From positions 27,900,001 to 27,964,000 of the forward strand of contig NC_043003.1 of NCBI RefSeq assembly GCF_006345805.1: a stretch of 64,000 nucleotides of DNA. Direction: 5' to 3'. Below are positions 51,671-64,000 of this stretch, in pieces. Position numbers and translations under genes: made by a program. The stretch is from Octopus sinensis (taxonomy: Eukaryota). A model generated the notes under the pieces. It saw only the letters and a list, made by a program, of their open reading frames with translations, was not told where the DNA came from and ran no database searches. Positions within the stretch are counted from its first letter, which is position 1. Each line of letters opens with the position of its first letter.

Positions 51671-52049
51671 ATCGTAGGAACTCCCCTTCCTCTCCCGTCA
51701 CCACTCCTATGCTAACCTGATTAACACTACCTGCCTGCCTACAAACCCCTTTTCTTTAATTTCTTTTTAAATGCCTCTCTCTTTCTCTCTCTCTCTCTCT
51801 TGCTCTCTCTCTCTCTCTCTCTCTTTCTCTCTGGTGTGTGTATGTGTATCTCTAGTGTGTGTCTCTCTTGTGCGTAGTGTGTTTTGTGTGTGTGTATGTA
51901 TCTTTTCCTTCTGTGTGTGTGTATGCATTTGCATGTGCATGTGTGTTTCTCTCCTGAGTGAGTGAGTGAGTGTATGTGTGTGCGTGCATGTGTTTCCCCC
52001 TTCTCCCCTTTTTCTCGTATATCTGTGTATGTATGTATGTGTGTGTCTT

Positions 52050-52444
52050 TACAACTGTCTGATATTCTTCAGCCGATAATTGGTGCCATTAAAGTACATT
52101 TTACAGATATAGTACATTATGCAGTAAATTTTACAGATACAAAAAAAAAAAAAAATCCACAGCTTTTGCCTCTGACGGTGAAACAGAGACCTTTGATATA
52201 AATGCAGGAATTCTTCAATGTGATACTGTAGTGCATTTCCTTTTTGGCAATGTCTTTGAGTATCAGTGGATACAGTTAATAGTAAAGATTTTTTACTCTG
52301 AAACAATGCTTATGCTGTGCATTCATAAAACCAATACAAATTTCACAGACAATCATGCCCTACTTCCTTATTCCTTATGGAAGCACAAGATCTAACAATG
52401 TCCTTCAAGACATCAGCAAACCAAGTAGGGTTTTAGCTAAATGA
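52050..52444 (+). mobile_element. RTE reverse-transcriptase relic
   Basis: Frameshifted TAFASDGETETFDINAGILQCDTVVHFLF (~GVLQGDTLAPFLF) and TNFTDNHALL (~DFADDIALL). Confidence 0.7.
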
Positions 52445-52490
52445 CATTATTTACACCTGATGGATATTTGTCCTCATCTTGTTTGTTGTA

Positions 52491-52536
52491 AACACAACAT
52501 TTCGGCTGATATACCCTCCAGCCTTCATCAGGAGTC
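52491..52536 (-). ncRNA. Minimal hammerhead-like motif (stem I with one mismatch)
   Basis: GACUC-CUGAUGA-a-GGCUG(loop)CAGCC-GAAAUGUU-GUGUU; AAUGUU is self-complementary with G-U pairs. Confidence 0.55.
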
Positions 52537-52851
52537 TTGGGGAAATTTCGAACCTGGGTTCTCATTCCTAAGGTATTTTTCGATGTTATTATTATTATTA
52601 TTATTATCATCATCATTATTATTATATTATTATTATTGTTCAGGTCACTGCCTGGAATCGAATTCGGAATCTTGGGGTTAGTAGCCGGCGCTCTTAACCA
52701 CTATGCCATTTGCCCATAGTGGTTAAGAGCGTGGGCTACTAACCCCAAGATTCCGAGTTCGATTCCAGGCAGTGACCTGAACAATAATAATGATAATAAT
52801 AACATTCAAAAATACCTTAGGAATGAGAACCCAGGTTTGAAATTTCCCCAA

Positions 52852-52897
52852 GACACCTGATGAAGGCTGGAGGGTATATCAGCCGAAATTTTGTGTT
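52852..52897 (+). ncRNA. Minimal hammerhead-like motif (stem III degenerate)
   Basis: GACAC-CUGAUGA-a-GGCUG(loop)CAGCC-GAAA-UUUU-GUGUU; canonical core, stems I and II intact. Confidence 0.55.
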
Positions 52898-53682
52898 AAC
52901 AACAAACAAGATGAGGGCAAATATCTGTCAAATGTAAATAATGTAAATATAGTATTAGTGATGTAATTTTTGTCTGGTGCTCCACCAGTTCTGTCACTCA
53001 CTGCTCTTTTTGATATTAACATCATGCTCCCAGTACACCCTGTAAAGTGGTTGACAATAGGCTGGGCATCCAGCTGTAGAAACCAAGTCAAATGACACGT
53101 GTAAGCACCAGTCTGAGGAGCATTAGCTCCCAATTACAGCTGACACTGTCCAACCCATGCCAACATGGCAGGCAGACATACGATGATGATGACGATGCTT
53201 TCTAAATTTAGGAAGGGGTGACACATTCTAAGGGAACAAATATTTTATTAAATTGTATCCTCCATCTCTGTTACTCCTATCTGCCACCCGCATGATGATA
53301 ACAATAGGGAGTGTAACATTTCAGTCATATTGCAACCATTTATATCGAACATGTGATATTTCATATAGTAAGGGTCAGTATTATCCATTTATTTTATCGC
53401 TGCCACCATTTTAATCTCTTTTTCACTTCCACTCCGACCACTCTCATCTTATTCTTTTCTGGCCCCTTCTCTCACATGTTTAAATCCTTCTTCTCCTAGC
53501 ATAAGTCTGCCTCCCCCTCTACTGTAGCTCCAGTCACTGAAAGGGGATATTAATTTTGCATGCTGCATGGCAACCTCATTAGTGCTGGGGCCATACAAAA
53601 AGTAGTAGCATGCACTAGTACTTGCTGTAAAATGGCTGGCATCAGCAAGGGCAGTCTAGGTATAGAAACCATGCCAAAGCTA

Positions 53683-54317
53683 AGGCAGCGAGCTGGCAGA
53701 AACATTAGCACGCTGGGCGAAATGCTTAGCGGTATTTCGTCTGCTGTTATGTTCTGAGTTCAAATTCTGCCGAGGTGGACTTTGCCTTTCATCCTTTTGG
53801 GGTCGATAAATTAAGTACCAGTTACGTAGTGGGCTCGATGTAATTGACTTAATCCCTTTGTCTGTCCTTGTTTGTCCCCTCTGTGTGTAGCCCCTTGTGG
53901 GTAGTAAAGAAATAGGTATTTCGTCTGCCGTTATGTTCTGAGTTCAAATTCTGCTGTGGTCGACTTTGCCTTTCATCCTTTCGGGGTCAATAAATTAAGT
54001 ACCAGTTACGCAGTGGGGTCGATGTATCGACTTAATCCCTATGTCTGTCCTTGTTTGTCCCCTCTATGTTTAGCCCCTTGTGGGCAATAAAGAAATAAGA
54101 AACGTTAGCATGCCGGGCGAAATGCTTTAGCAGTATTTCGTCTGCCGTTATGTTCTAAGTTCAAATTCCGCTGAGGTCGACTTTGCCTTTCATCCTTTCG
54201 GGGTCGATAAATTAAGTACCAGTTACGCAGTGGGGTCGATGTAATCGACTTAATCCCTTTGTCTGTCCTTGTTTGTCCCCTCTATGTTTAGCCCCTCGTG
54301 GGCAATAAAGAAATAAG
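53683..54317 (+). mobile_element. SINE family A head-to-tail trimer
   Basis: Junctions aaagaaatag|gtatttcg (53915/53916) and aaagaaataa|gaaacgttagc (~54098). Confidence 0.85.
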
Positions 54318-56079
54318 AAACCCTGCCAAAGCAGACATTGGTGTACAACGCTATCTTCAGGACCCGTCAGATCCTGTTAAACCCTCTAACCCATGCCAGC
54401 ATGGAACATGGACATAAAAATAATGCTGATGATTTACTCTCTAAATGCCGATGTAGCTAGGAAACGTGTCTTATTACTAGTTATTTAAATTTGCTTTGCA
54501 ATCTTCGATTATTGACATCATATTCATGTAGGATTATCTCTTGGGATTTAATTGTAGCAATAAATCGATCTGTGTATCAGCATTATTTTTTCTTTTTTTT
54601 TAGTTGTCTTTTGTCTTTTTTGTTTTTCTTTTCTCTCCCCCATTATCTTCTTTTTCTATAGGTTGTTTGTGTGTTGTGGTTTTCCAGTATTGTAGTTTTG
54701 AACTTTGTAATAAATTATCTGGCTACAAGATGTCAACATAGGTTAAGTATTAAAGCATTAGATTTCTGATCAGGGGAAAATCCTCTCTGATAATCGAACT
54801 TTATCTCTGATATTTATACAAGTTTGTCTATAATACTGGAATGTATTATACATGTGGTTAACAAGCTCACTTTGCAATCTTGTGGTTTTGGGTTCAGTCC
54901 TACTACGCTGCATTTCTGTCAAATGTCTTCAACTATTGCACCAGGCTGACCAGTGCTTTTGTGAGTGAAGTTGGTCAGTGGAAACTGTGTGAAAGCTTGT
55001 CATATATGTGTGTGTGTGTGGTTGTGTGCTTGTGTTTGCCTTCCCCCATTCACTTGACAACTGGTATTGGTTTGTTTATGTCCCTGTAACTTAGTGGTTC
55101 AGCACAGGTGACTAAACACTTCAAGCTGGTGCCCCAGCATGGCCACAGTCCAACAACTGAACAAGTAGAAGATAAAAGATAATGTGATCACTCATTTATC
55201 TCTGCTATAGCAAGAAACATGTTCTGTTCTGGCTGCTCCTTCAGCCATATTCTAACCCCTCATCCCTTTGCATACCCCTTTCTTGTGGGTAGGCAGGCCA
55301 TGGCCTTACGAGCTGCTTAGTGACCTCACTAGTGCTGGTGATATGAAGAAAAAAAAACACTCAGTATGCTCTGTAAAGTGTTAGGAAGGACATCAAGTTG
55401 TGGAAGCCATTCCAAGATGGACAGTGGAGCACGATGCAATCTTTTGATCTGTTTGGATCCTGTCAAATCATTCAACGCATGCCAATATGGAACAAGGATG
55501 TTAAATGCTGACAAGAGAGGCTTCAAGTTGCAAACAACATAGCCATGTAGTTCTAGGTGCAGTGACTGCAATAAGTATGAAGACATTGGGATAATGTAGT
55601 TTTATGTACACTGTCATCATCATCATCATCATCATCTTAATGTTCTCCTATCTTGCCCTTCCCATCACACCTCACAGCACTTCACATAAAGTAACCACTC
55701 TATTTTGTTTCCTCCCATTCAATAGAGAGGTGCTTTGGCCTTGCAAGTTACAAGGTGCCTCACTAAATTGCTGGTGCCATGAAAAATGGCTCTCAGTACA
55801 TTCTGTCAAGTGGTTGGCATTAAAAGGACATCAAGTCATAAAAGTCATGCCAAAACTGAGACACTGGAGTAACATGTGGCCCTCCAGCCTGTTGGATTCT
55901 GTGAAAACATCCAAACCCCTGCAAGCATCGAAAGTGGCTGGATCAGGCAGACTTTGCTGGAGGTAGATTTTCTATGTTCGGATGCTTTTCCTGTACCCAA
56001 CACTCACCTGTTTCCAAGCTCTAAAAAAAATGATAAGCATGCTCTTGATTAAGCTGCAGTTCTGTGGTACTGCTTTTGA

Positions 56080-56386
56080 AGTGTCTGTGCCACTTGAAAC
56101 ATTGCGTACAACCATTGCTTCATTGCCGTAAGCTTGCTCAATGTCTCTGTAGCAGACATCCTAAGATTAACACAAAATTTCACCCAACTTCCTGCTCACG
56201 ACAAAAATGAAACTACAGCACACGCTTGACCATACAAACACAAATTTCACAACTTGCAAGGTACACGCAGTGATGTCATTTGGTACATTGCCTCATGAAG
56301 GTCACTGCTAGCCCTCACTGCGCATGCAACCATATGCTGTTGGCAAGCTACAGAACTAGTCTGGGAAGTTTTTGCTACCACCTCGT
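56080..56386 (-). mobile_element. 5' fragment of the mariner family seen at 49529-50413
   Basis: Aligns by eye with 50050-50380 (cacaaatttcacaacttgc, cctcatgaagg, agaactagtctg) and ends in TIR-like taccacctcg. Confidence 0.75.
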
Positions 56387-57714
56387 CTACTGTGTATTGA
56401 CAAATAGAGGCAGAAACTGAAAGAAGCCGGCCGAATATATTTGTGTATGTGTGTTTGTTTGTGTCTCTTGTCACGTGATGATTGTAAATGAATGTCATCC
56501 TCCTAATGAGCTATGTTGTTTATTTGTAATCTTCTGTGAAAGCATGCCTGACTGTGTGAAAGTCTTCTCATGCCTGGAAACGTGTGAGGGTTAGTAACAG
56601 GAGCATCTGGACATAGAAAATCTGTCTCAATGAACTGTGTTTGTACCATGCAAAGCATGGAAAAGTGGACATTAAAACGTTGTTGATGATAAATTTCATA
56701 TATATGTATACACACACACAAAGCATGTCTCTCTTTCTCTCTGTCCCTGGACTAATCTGTTCAGTGCATCTACTGCTTGATTATAAAGGCTAAGATAATT
56801 AGGTTTATCTGCATTCTGTTTAATTCTACACATCCTGATCATCATCATCATCACTGTTGTTGTTATGCTACTTATAAATTATAATTAGAGTTGTTCTTAC
56901 TGTTGTTGATAATGTTGTTATTACTGCTGCTTATGTTGTTTTTGTTTCTTCAATAATAATAATAATAATAATAATAATATAACGATATGTGCATCTCTGA
57001 TCACGAGCAGAAGTAGTGGGGGAGCATCACAGCCATGTGTTGAAAAGGATTCTTTGGAGTTTGATTAATTCACCTCTGGAAACATGGGTGTTTCGTTCAA
57101 CGTCCTTAAACAACCCTTATTCAGGGACCTTTTGGGCGGTATGGGTTACTCGACCAGAAGAAAATTCTAACTGGGTCCCACCTGCAAGATCATGTGCTGT
57201 TTATCTTGATATGAGATCACCATGTCGTGCACATATGGTTGTGATGCATGTGCCTAGTGTACCCTTATCAGACGGGTAGTCATGGGCTTTGTATATTTTA
57301 CCCCAGTGTCACTTTGATGGCATGCACTGCTCTCTCATTCAATAATAATAATAATAATAATAATGCTGTTGTTGTTACTGCTGCTTATTCTGTTTCTGTT
57401 GTTACTTGCCATATTATCAGCATGATTGTGAAAGTGGCCAGTTGGCTGAGTGGTCATAGCATTGGATAGGTTTTGCTCTGCCATAACCAATCTGGTTCCC
57501 TGCATCCTGAGTTCAAATCCTGCCGAGGTTAACTTTGCCTTCCTTCTGACTGGGGTTGAGGCTATTTGGTGGGTGTCGGTCGTTAGTTCGTTAATGTAGC
57601 TTCCCCTTCAAATTTTTAGATATAGGACTCATCGAAACACTTCTGCTCTATCTTTCCTCCTCCTGCTCCCCTCCCCCCTCTTCCACTTTCTCCTCCCCCT
57701 TCATCCAACTCCTC

Positions 57715-58150
57715 TTTCTCCTCCTTCATTCACCTCTTTCTCCTCTTCATCCACCTCTTTCTCTTCATCCACCTCTTTCTCCTCTTCATCCACCTCTTTC
57801 TCTTCATCCACCTCTTTCTCTTCATCCACCTCTTTCTCCTCTTCATCCACCTCTTTCTCCTCTTCATCCACCTCTTCCTTTTCATCCACCTCTTTCTCCT
57901 CTTCATCCACCTCTTTCTCCTCTTCATCCACCTCTTTCTCCTCTTCATCCACCTCTTTCTCCTCTTCATCCATCTCTTTCTCCTCTTCATCCACCTCTTT
58001 CTCCTCTTCATCCACCTCTTTCTCCTCTTCATCCACCTCTTTCTCCTCTTCATCCACCTCTTTCTCCTCTTCATCCATCTCTTTCTCCTCTTCATCCTCC
58101 TCTTTCTCCTCTTCATCCACCTCTTTCTCCTCTTCATCCACCTCCTCTTC
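57715..58150 (+). repeat. Pyrimidine-rich 21-bp minisatellite (tctttctcctcttcatccacc), ~20 units
   Basis: Tandem units visible directly, with occasional 18-bp variants. Confidence 0.92.
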
Positions 58151-59482
58151 CTCCATCATCATTGATCTCATTGTTGTCATCCTTATCATCACCCTCTTCT
58201 CCTTTTTACACACCCCTCCCCCTCCACTTTTGATTTCTCCTTTCTCCAATTCCTTCCACTTTCACTGTCCTTGATCTCTCTCTCTCTCTCTCCCCTATAA
58301 TTTCTCTCACAGATTTCTCTTCTCCTTTCCATCATCGTCATCGTCACTTATTCCTCCTGCTCTTCACTTTCTTCTCTATCTAATTTCCCCTTTCTCTCAA
58401 CTACTCTTTCTCTCTCTTCTTACTCCTCCCACAAATTTCTCGTTCTTTTGCTCATGCAGTGTTTGAGAAAAGCCTTTGCCCCTCCCCCTCCCTAATACCA
58501 TTTTCTTCTCCACTTCATACACCTCTCTATCTGCTCCCTTCTCTTACCTCTCTCTTTCTTATCATCTCTAAACTTCTACTCTTACCTCTCATTTCTCCTC
58601 CACTCTTTCTTCCTCTCACTTCTACCAACTTTCTCTCTCTCTCTCACACTTTATTCTTTCCTTTCTTCTCCTCTTACATCTCTCCCTTCTATCAATTCTC
58701 TATCAGTCCCCTGTGTGTGTGTCTCTCTCTCTCTCTTTCTCTTATCAGTTCTCCCTTTCTCTCTCAATCATCTTTCTTCTACTCTTACCGTTACCGTTTC
58801 TCCCCTCTACACTCTCTCTCTCCTCCCTGCAGCTGTTTCAAATCTTCCTTTTCTTCTACTCTTACCTTTACTCTCTCCTTATTTCTTCTACTCTCACCTC
58901 TCCCACTCTCTCTCTCTGCCTCTAGCTCTTTTATACCTTTCTCTCTCTCTCTTCTACTCTTACCTTCTCTATTTCCACCCCCACCTTTTGTCTATCTCTC
59001 TTTTGGTCTTTCTTCTCTTCTTTTTCTCCTCCTTACTCTCCGACTCTCCTGTCTTTAGATATATATATCTAATTGATTAGTTGTAGTCCTAAATGTCTGG
59101 AACATTGTCTTTAACATGGCCATTGATCACCATTATTGAATTTCCCCATACTGATTGGTACTCTGTCACATGCTTAGAAATGGGAGAGACATATTTGCAT
59201 AACTGATCCTTACACATCAACTTTATAAAGGGCTTGGTATTGCTGCATATCCTACCCCTGCACCCAAGATTAACTTACAAGGGGAAGGGTGTAGATGATA
59301 TAACTGAACCATGCACAATGGATTTGTAAGTGGAGGAGTCTTGATGTCATAACTGACACTTGCTCTTATCTGATTTATAAAGGTAGAGATACGATTGCAT
59401 AACTAACTCTTGCACCCTAGATTTATAATGAAGATATGATTATACATCTTCCTCCTGCACACCAAATTTATAAGAGGCGGGT

Positions 59483-59812
59483 CATCATCATCATCATCAT
59501 CATTTAACATCTGCTTTCCATGCTAGAATGGGTTGGATGATTTGACTGACATCTGGCAAACCAGATGGCTGCACCAGACTCCAATCTGATCTGGCAGAGT
59601 TTTTACAGCTGGATGCCCTTCCTAAAGCCAACCTCTCTGAGAGTGTAGTGGGTGCTTTTACGTGTCACTGGCACAGGGGCCAGTCAGGTGGCCACGCTGA
59701 AATGGTGTTTTTTATGTGCCACCTGCACAGGAGCCAGTCCAGCGGCACTGGCAACAACCTCGCTCAAAAGTTTTTTCACGTGTCACCAGCACAAGTGCTA
59801 GTAAGGTGACGC
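59483..59812 (-). mobile_element. RTE 3'-tail family copy inserted into an old ~50-bp tandem repeat
   Basis: Family C sequence; the same degenerate repeat resumes on both sides. Confidence 0.75.
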
Positions 59813-62694
59813 AATAGTTGATATAACTAATCCCTGCACAAATTTTAAAGGGACGGGTGTAATTTCAACATCTGCACACCTGATTTATAAGAGAAGGATT
59901 CAGTTGATATAACTGACCTCCTATACATCATTTAAAGGGGAAAGAAAATGATGATGATGGTGATGATGATGATGGTTGCTATGATTTCAGAGCAACCACT
60001 TCTACTAATTAAATTGCCTGGTTAAGAGCTTTTGAGTGAATTTATTTCTCAACCTTTTGAATGGATTTATTCCATGTAAGCCCTTACTGCTAGCCATGTA
60101 TTGCTAACCATGTACAAAGACTTCTTTCTCTGCCAGCTTGCTTGTAACCCTATATTATCTCTTATGCACCCATACCTTAAACTGGATACACTGTATTGAA
60201 TTCTTACCTTCTCCTTTTCTGTACACTAAGCATGACCATTTCTCAAGTAGAAGTAGAGTCCTGTCTTCTAACTCTCTAACTATTGTCTTAGCTAGATTAA
60301 CTTTAACCTTTAGCACACTGCATTTTCTCTAGAATTGTTTCCCCTGCCACTGCCCTGTTACTACAGGGGAGAAAACTCATATGGTGACATGATGTGCTTC
60401 AGGTTAAGGTCTCTTGATTCAAGGCTTTGGTTCTCTTCATTCCTACTCTCCTTCTCTCTTCTCTTCACTCCTACCCACCTTCTCCTTCCCCCTCCATCGT
60501 CACCCCTCCCTTGTAAGCCCACCCACCCCTACACATTCCAACCCCACCCTATCCCTTACACTCACTCCCACATACCCCACCCTCTGCCTACCCACGTACA
60601 CCACCTCTACCCCACCCCACCTTTGCTTTCCCCATTCTCACCTCCCCCACCTCCCAACACCATCACACCACACCACTACACCATACCACACAACACATCA
60701 CATCACCACGTACACAACAGCACTGACCACTTCCCAGCCCCACATTTTTACACCTACACATACACACATCAAGGTCACCAGCCCTCTTCCACACGCACAT
60801 ACAAACTCTCTTATACTCACGTTTTGGGTTCACCACTATTTTATTATCTCCCCTTCTTCCTAGCTCTCTTGTGTGACCCTTCTGTCCAGCATTCACCATG
60901 ATAAATTGCTAGCCACTACACATTCTTTATTTTCTCTCCTTGTTTCTTTCTGTGGATGTGCGTAGGCTTGAAACATTAAAGACTTTCTGACTTCCTGAGC
61001 ATTATATCAATACATCTGTTTGTTGTCTACACCACCTGTCTTTGTCTTTTGTTTTTTTTTTTGTTAATTCTCCCCTTATCGTTTAGCATCCGCTTTCCAT
61101 GCTAATATATATATGTATATATGCGAAGGGCTTCTTTCAGTTTCTGTCTACCAAATCCACTCACAAGGATTTGGTTGGCTTGAGGCTATAGTAGAAGACA
61201 CTTGTCCAAGGTGCCATACAATGGGACTGAACCTGGCACCATGTGGTTAGTAAGCAAGCTACCTACCACACAGCTAATGTAAATTTATATCACGGACTCC
61301 ACAATGTATCTGGGTTTCTGTGGCTGATATGTATTTATATTTTTTTAGATTTCAATTATTTCTGTGGGAGGTTTCGGAACGTAACACCCACGATTACTGG
61401 GTGTATGTAATCGAGGGATTACTGTATGTATGATTACTGTATGTATGTAATTGAGGGATTACTGTATGTATATATATATGAGTGCACGTATATATGCATA
61501 TGTACACCAAATTTACTCATATGGCTTTTTAATTGACCTGAGGTTATATTAGGAGACACTTATTCAAGCTGCTGTATTTTGGGACTGAACCTGGAACTGT
61601 ATGGTTGGTAAGTGGACTTCTTAACCACACAGCCATGCCTGCACCTATTTTCCGTAATGAGATGCCTTCTACAAGATCCTTTTATGCCACCTCCCTCTGT
61701 ATATAGGACAATGTAAATATTTCTGATGAGCTGGTAATGACATGTGAAACTGATTGATTTGTTCTGTATTCTGTTCTGCAGAGAGACAGAAGGTTCAGTC
61801 ACTATGGTTCAGTCATAAGGTTGTTTTTCTTTTTTTTTTGTTATATATTTGTACTGCATGTCCAAATATCTGTTGCAACATTCAAAGCAAATCTAGAGTT
61901 TTCAAATAATCAGACCATTTTCCTTTGTTGCTTCCTTCTGCAGTAAGACGTGTGTCAAGGTCTTTTGTCCCCTCCTCCCTCCTCTGCCACTATTCTTGGT
62001 GGCACTACAGAGAGTTCATGGGGCAGGGGTGGAGCTGGGTTTGCCCTTCCATCTCTGGTGAAACCATAAGAAGAAAGAAAAAGGTCACACTGTTTTCTTA
62101 ACAATGCTCGGTGCAGAGTTAAAGGAAGTGTCATCGAGTTACCATGGTTACAGATGTGACACAGCAACTTTGAGAGAGAGAGAGAGAGAGAGAGTGAGCT
62201 TCCGACTGAGAAACTAAAGAATGGTTGTAGGTTAAACTGAAAGATCCTGCGAATTCTTGTTTGTTTCCTGTCATGAACATGGTACTGTTGTTTGGCAACG
62301 AAATGCTAAGACACCTATACTCTCATAGATATGTACATGGACTTACTCACAAATACATATACACGTACACATTTTCCTCTCACACATACATACACACACA
62401 CACACACACACGTAAGTACATGCTTGTGTACACATGCACATAAAGTTTATATGTGCAAACATTTTATGCTTACATTCCTACGTATGAAATGATGTGGGTG
62501 TGTGTTATATGTCAACAAAACACACACACACACACCAGACACATGTAATGTATGTATATACATGTATTGCACTACACATATACTACACACACAAACATGC
62601 ATATACATATATACATGCATGTGTTCATGTGTTATGCACAACTGATTATGTGTGCTTGTGTATGTGTGTGTGAGAATATGCATACACATATATA

Positions 62695-62727
<33 letters not shown>

Positions 62728-64000
62728 TTATGTATATGTCATCATCATCATCATCGTTTAACATCCACTTTCCATGCTAGCATGGGTTGTATGTGTAAAC
62801 ATATGTGTAGTGTTTATATGTGTATATATGTATGTGATTGCATTTATGTGTGTATGTGTGTATATATGCATGAATGTGCATGTGTCTATATGTGTGTGTG
62901 TGTGTGTGTGTGTGCATATATATGAAGGGAGAGAGAATGAGAAAGTGAAATAATTTGACATGCGTATATATGTGCATGTATGGCTATGTATGTATATATA
63001 TATTTATTTATGTATGTATGTATGTATCTGTTATGTTTGACAGTTCAGCTTCCTCATAAATGAATGTGTACATCTATGTTACTGCATGCACAGTCATATC
63101 TATGTGTATGTGACTAAAATATGTATGTATGTGTATAAACATATAGCCATAACTACATGAAGGTGTGCGTGTGCATGCACACACACACACACACATACAC
63201 ACACACACACTCTCTCTCTCTCTCTCTCATACACACCTCTTGAAGTAATGTTTCCCCACTTCCATCAACAGAACCCTTGTATCTACTTCAAATTTGATTA
63301 TTATTGTAACTACATACATGGATGTGTGTTTGTATATGTATGTATATGTGTGTATCTGTATCTGTGTATATATGTATTTGTGTAGATTTATATATACATA
63401 TGTATGTGTGCATGTATTGCATTAAACTGCATACAATTGTGGGACTCTGGTTCGAGAGTTCTCAAGTCTTCTCTGATCTGGGGTAGAAGCCTCGTGTCAG
63501 GACCCCAGTTAGGGGTTCACTAGAATATATGATGGCCATCCATCTGAGCCTGGAGATGCAGAAATACTCTTGATTGGTGTCAGGATGCACAGTAAAACCA
63601 TATAGGAGAGGGTCACTGATGTAAAACCCATGTCTTAATGTGATCACTGGTTATCTTGCTTTGACCTCTCACTAGATACTTATTATGGAGACACAGTGAT
63701 ATTTGTGTTGTACAAGTATTTATCCCTGTAATCTGTCCTCTTTCTTGTTAACCCTCTCTTCCTTGGTAACCATGTACCTCTTCTACAGTAAGTCATGTTT
63801 CTGTCTCTCTGCCACATTCTATCCTTTCATCATTTGACACAAGATGGCCTCCTCCAACGCCCCCTCCCCTCTCAAAGATTCCATGTCTTACAAGTTGGTT
63901 GGCAACCCTGCCAGTGGTGGTACCCCTCAAAAAGCATCCAGTCCACACTGTAAAGTGGTTGGCATTTAGAAGGGCATCCAACTATAAAAACCATGACAAA

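Larger units (their letters stand above)
52445..52944. mobile_element. 500-bp palindrome: two head-to-head copies of a tRNA-headed element with a Penelope-type tail
   Basis: Arms 52445-52705 / 52715-52944, 9-nt loop ccatttgcc. Each arm, read from the centre outwards, has A box tagtggttaag, B box gagttcgattcc, (AAT)n and a CTGATGA...GAAA motif. Confidence 0.88.

Noticed and set aside
50853-51720. Long Thr-, Pro-, His- and Gly-rich ORFs (mucin-like)
   Set aside because: Trinucleotide low-complexity DNA is open in nearly all six frames; no splice context or non-repetitive domain.
52715-52780. Functional tRNA gene (Ser-like, ACT loop)
   Set aside because: No acceptor stem, imperfect anticodon stem, and it continues into a repeat body, so it is a SINE-type head.
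54662-54741. Plus-strand exon candidate after a strong polypyrimidine tract
   Set aside because: No ArgRS similarity, weak donor (GTTAAG), and no compatible partner exons.
57701-58249. Acidic EEEKEVD and basic KRRKRWM ORFs
   Set aside because: 21-bp minisatellite open in several frames; no supporting gene structure.

Overview
Repeat- and microsatellite-rich eukaryotic DNA; the SINE/LINE families and gene architecture suggest an octopus (coleoid cephalopod) genome, which is an inference. The only securely recognisable gene is cytosolic arginyl-tRNA synthetase (RARS1-like): five phase-compatible GT-AG internal exons on + (1875-2058, 4283-4412, 4926-5030, 8014-8192, 9664-9773; 708 bp). Its HIGH-motif exon lies upstream of the window, and I found no KFKTR or anticodon-binding exons in the following 54 kb. 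The rest is tRNA-derived SINEs, RTE and CR1/L2-type LINE relics, mariner/hAT/piggyBac/Tc2-like MITEs, Helitron-like elements and mini/microsatellites. Most interesting: (i) a 500-bp palindrome of two head-to-head tRNA-headed elements, each carrying a degenerate Penelope-type minimal hammerhead ribozyme; (ii) an inverted Penelope-like terminal repeat pair with a variant-core hammerhead; (iii) a hypothetical 4-exon antisense ORF (14976-18754); (iv) a 26-bp x 7 higher-order satellite growing out of a retroelement tail inside a RARS intron. No database search or folding was run. Repeat boundaries are approximate unless TSD/TIR positions are given.
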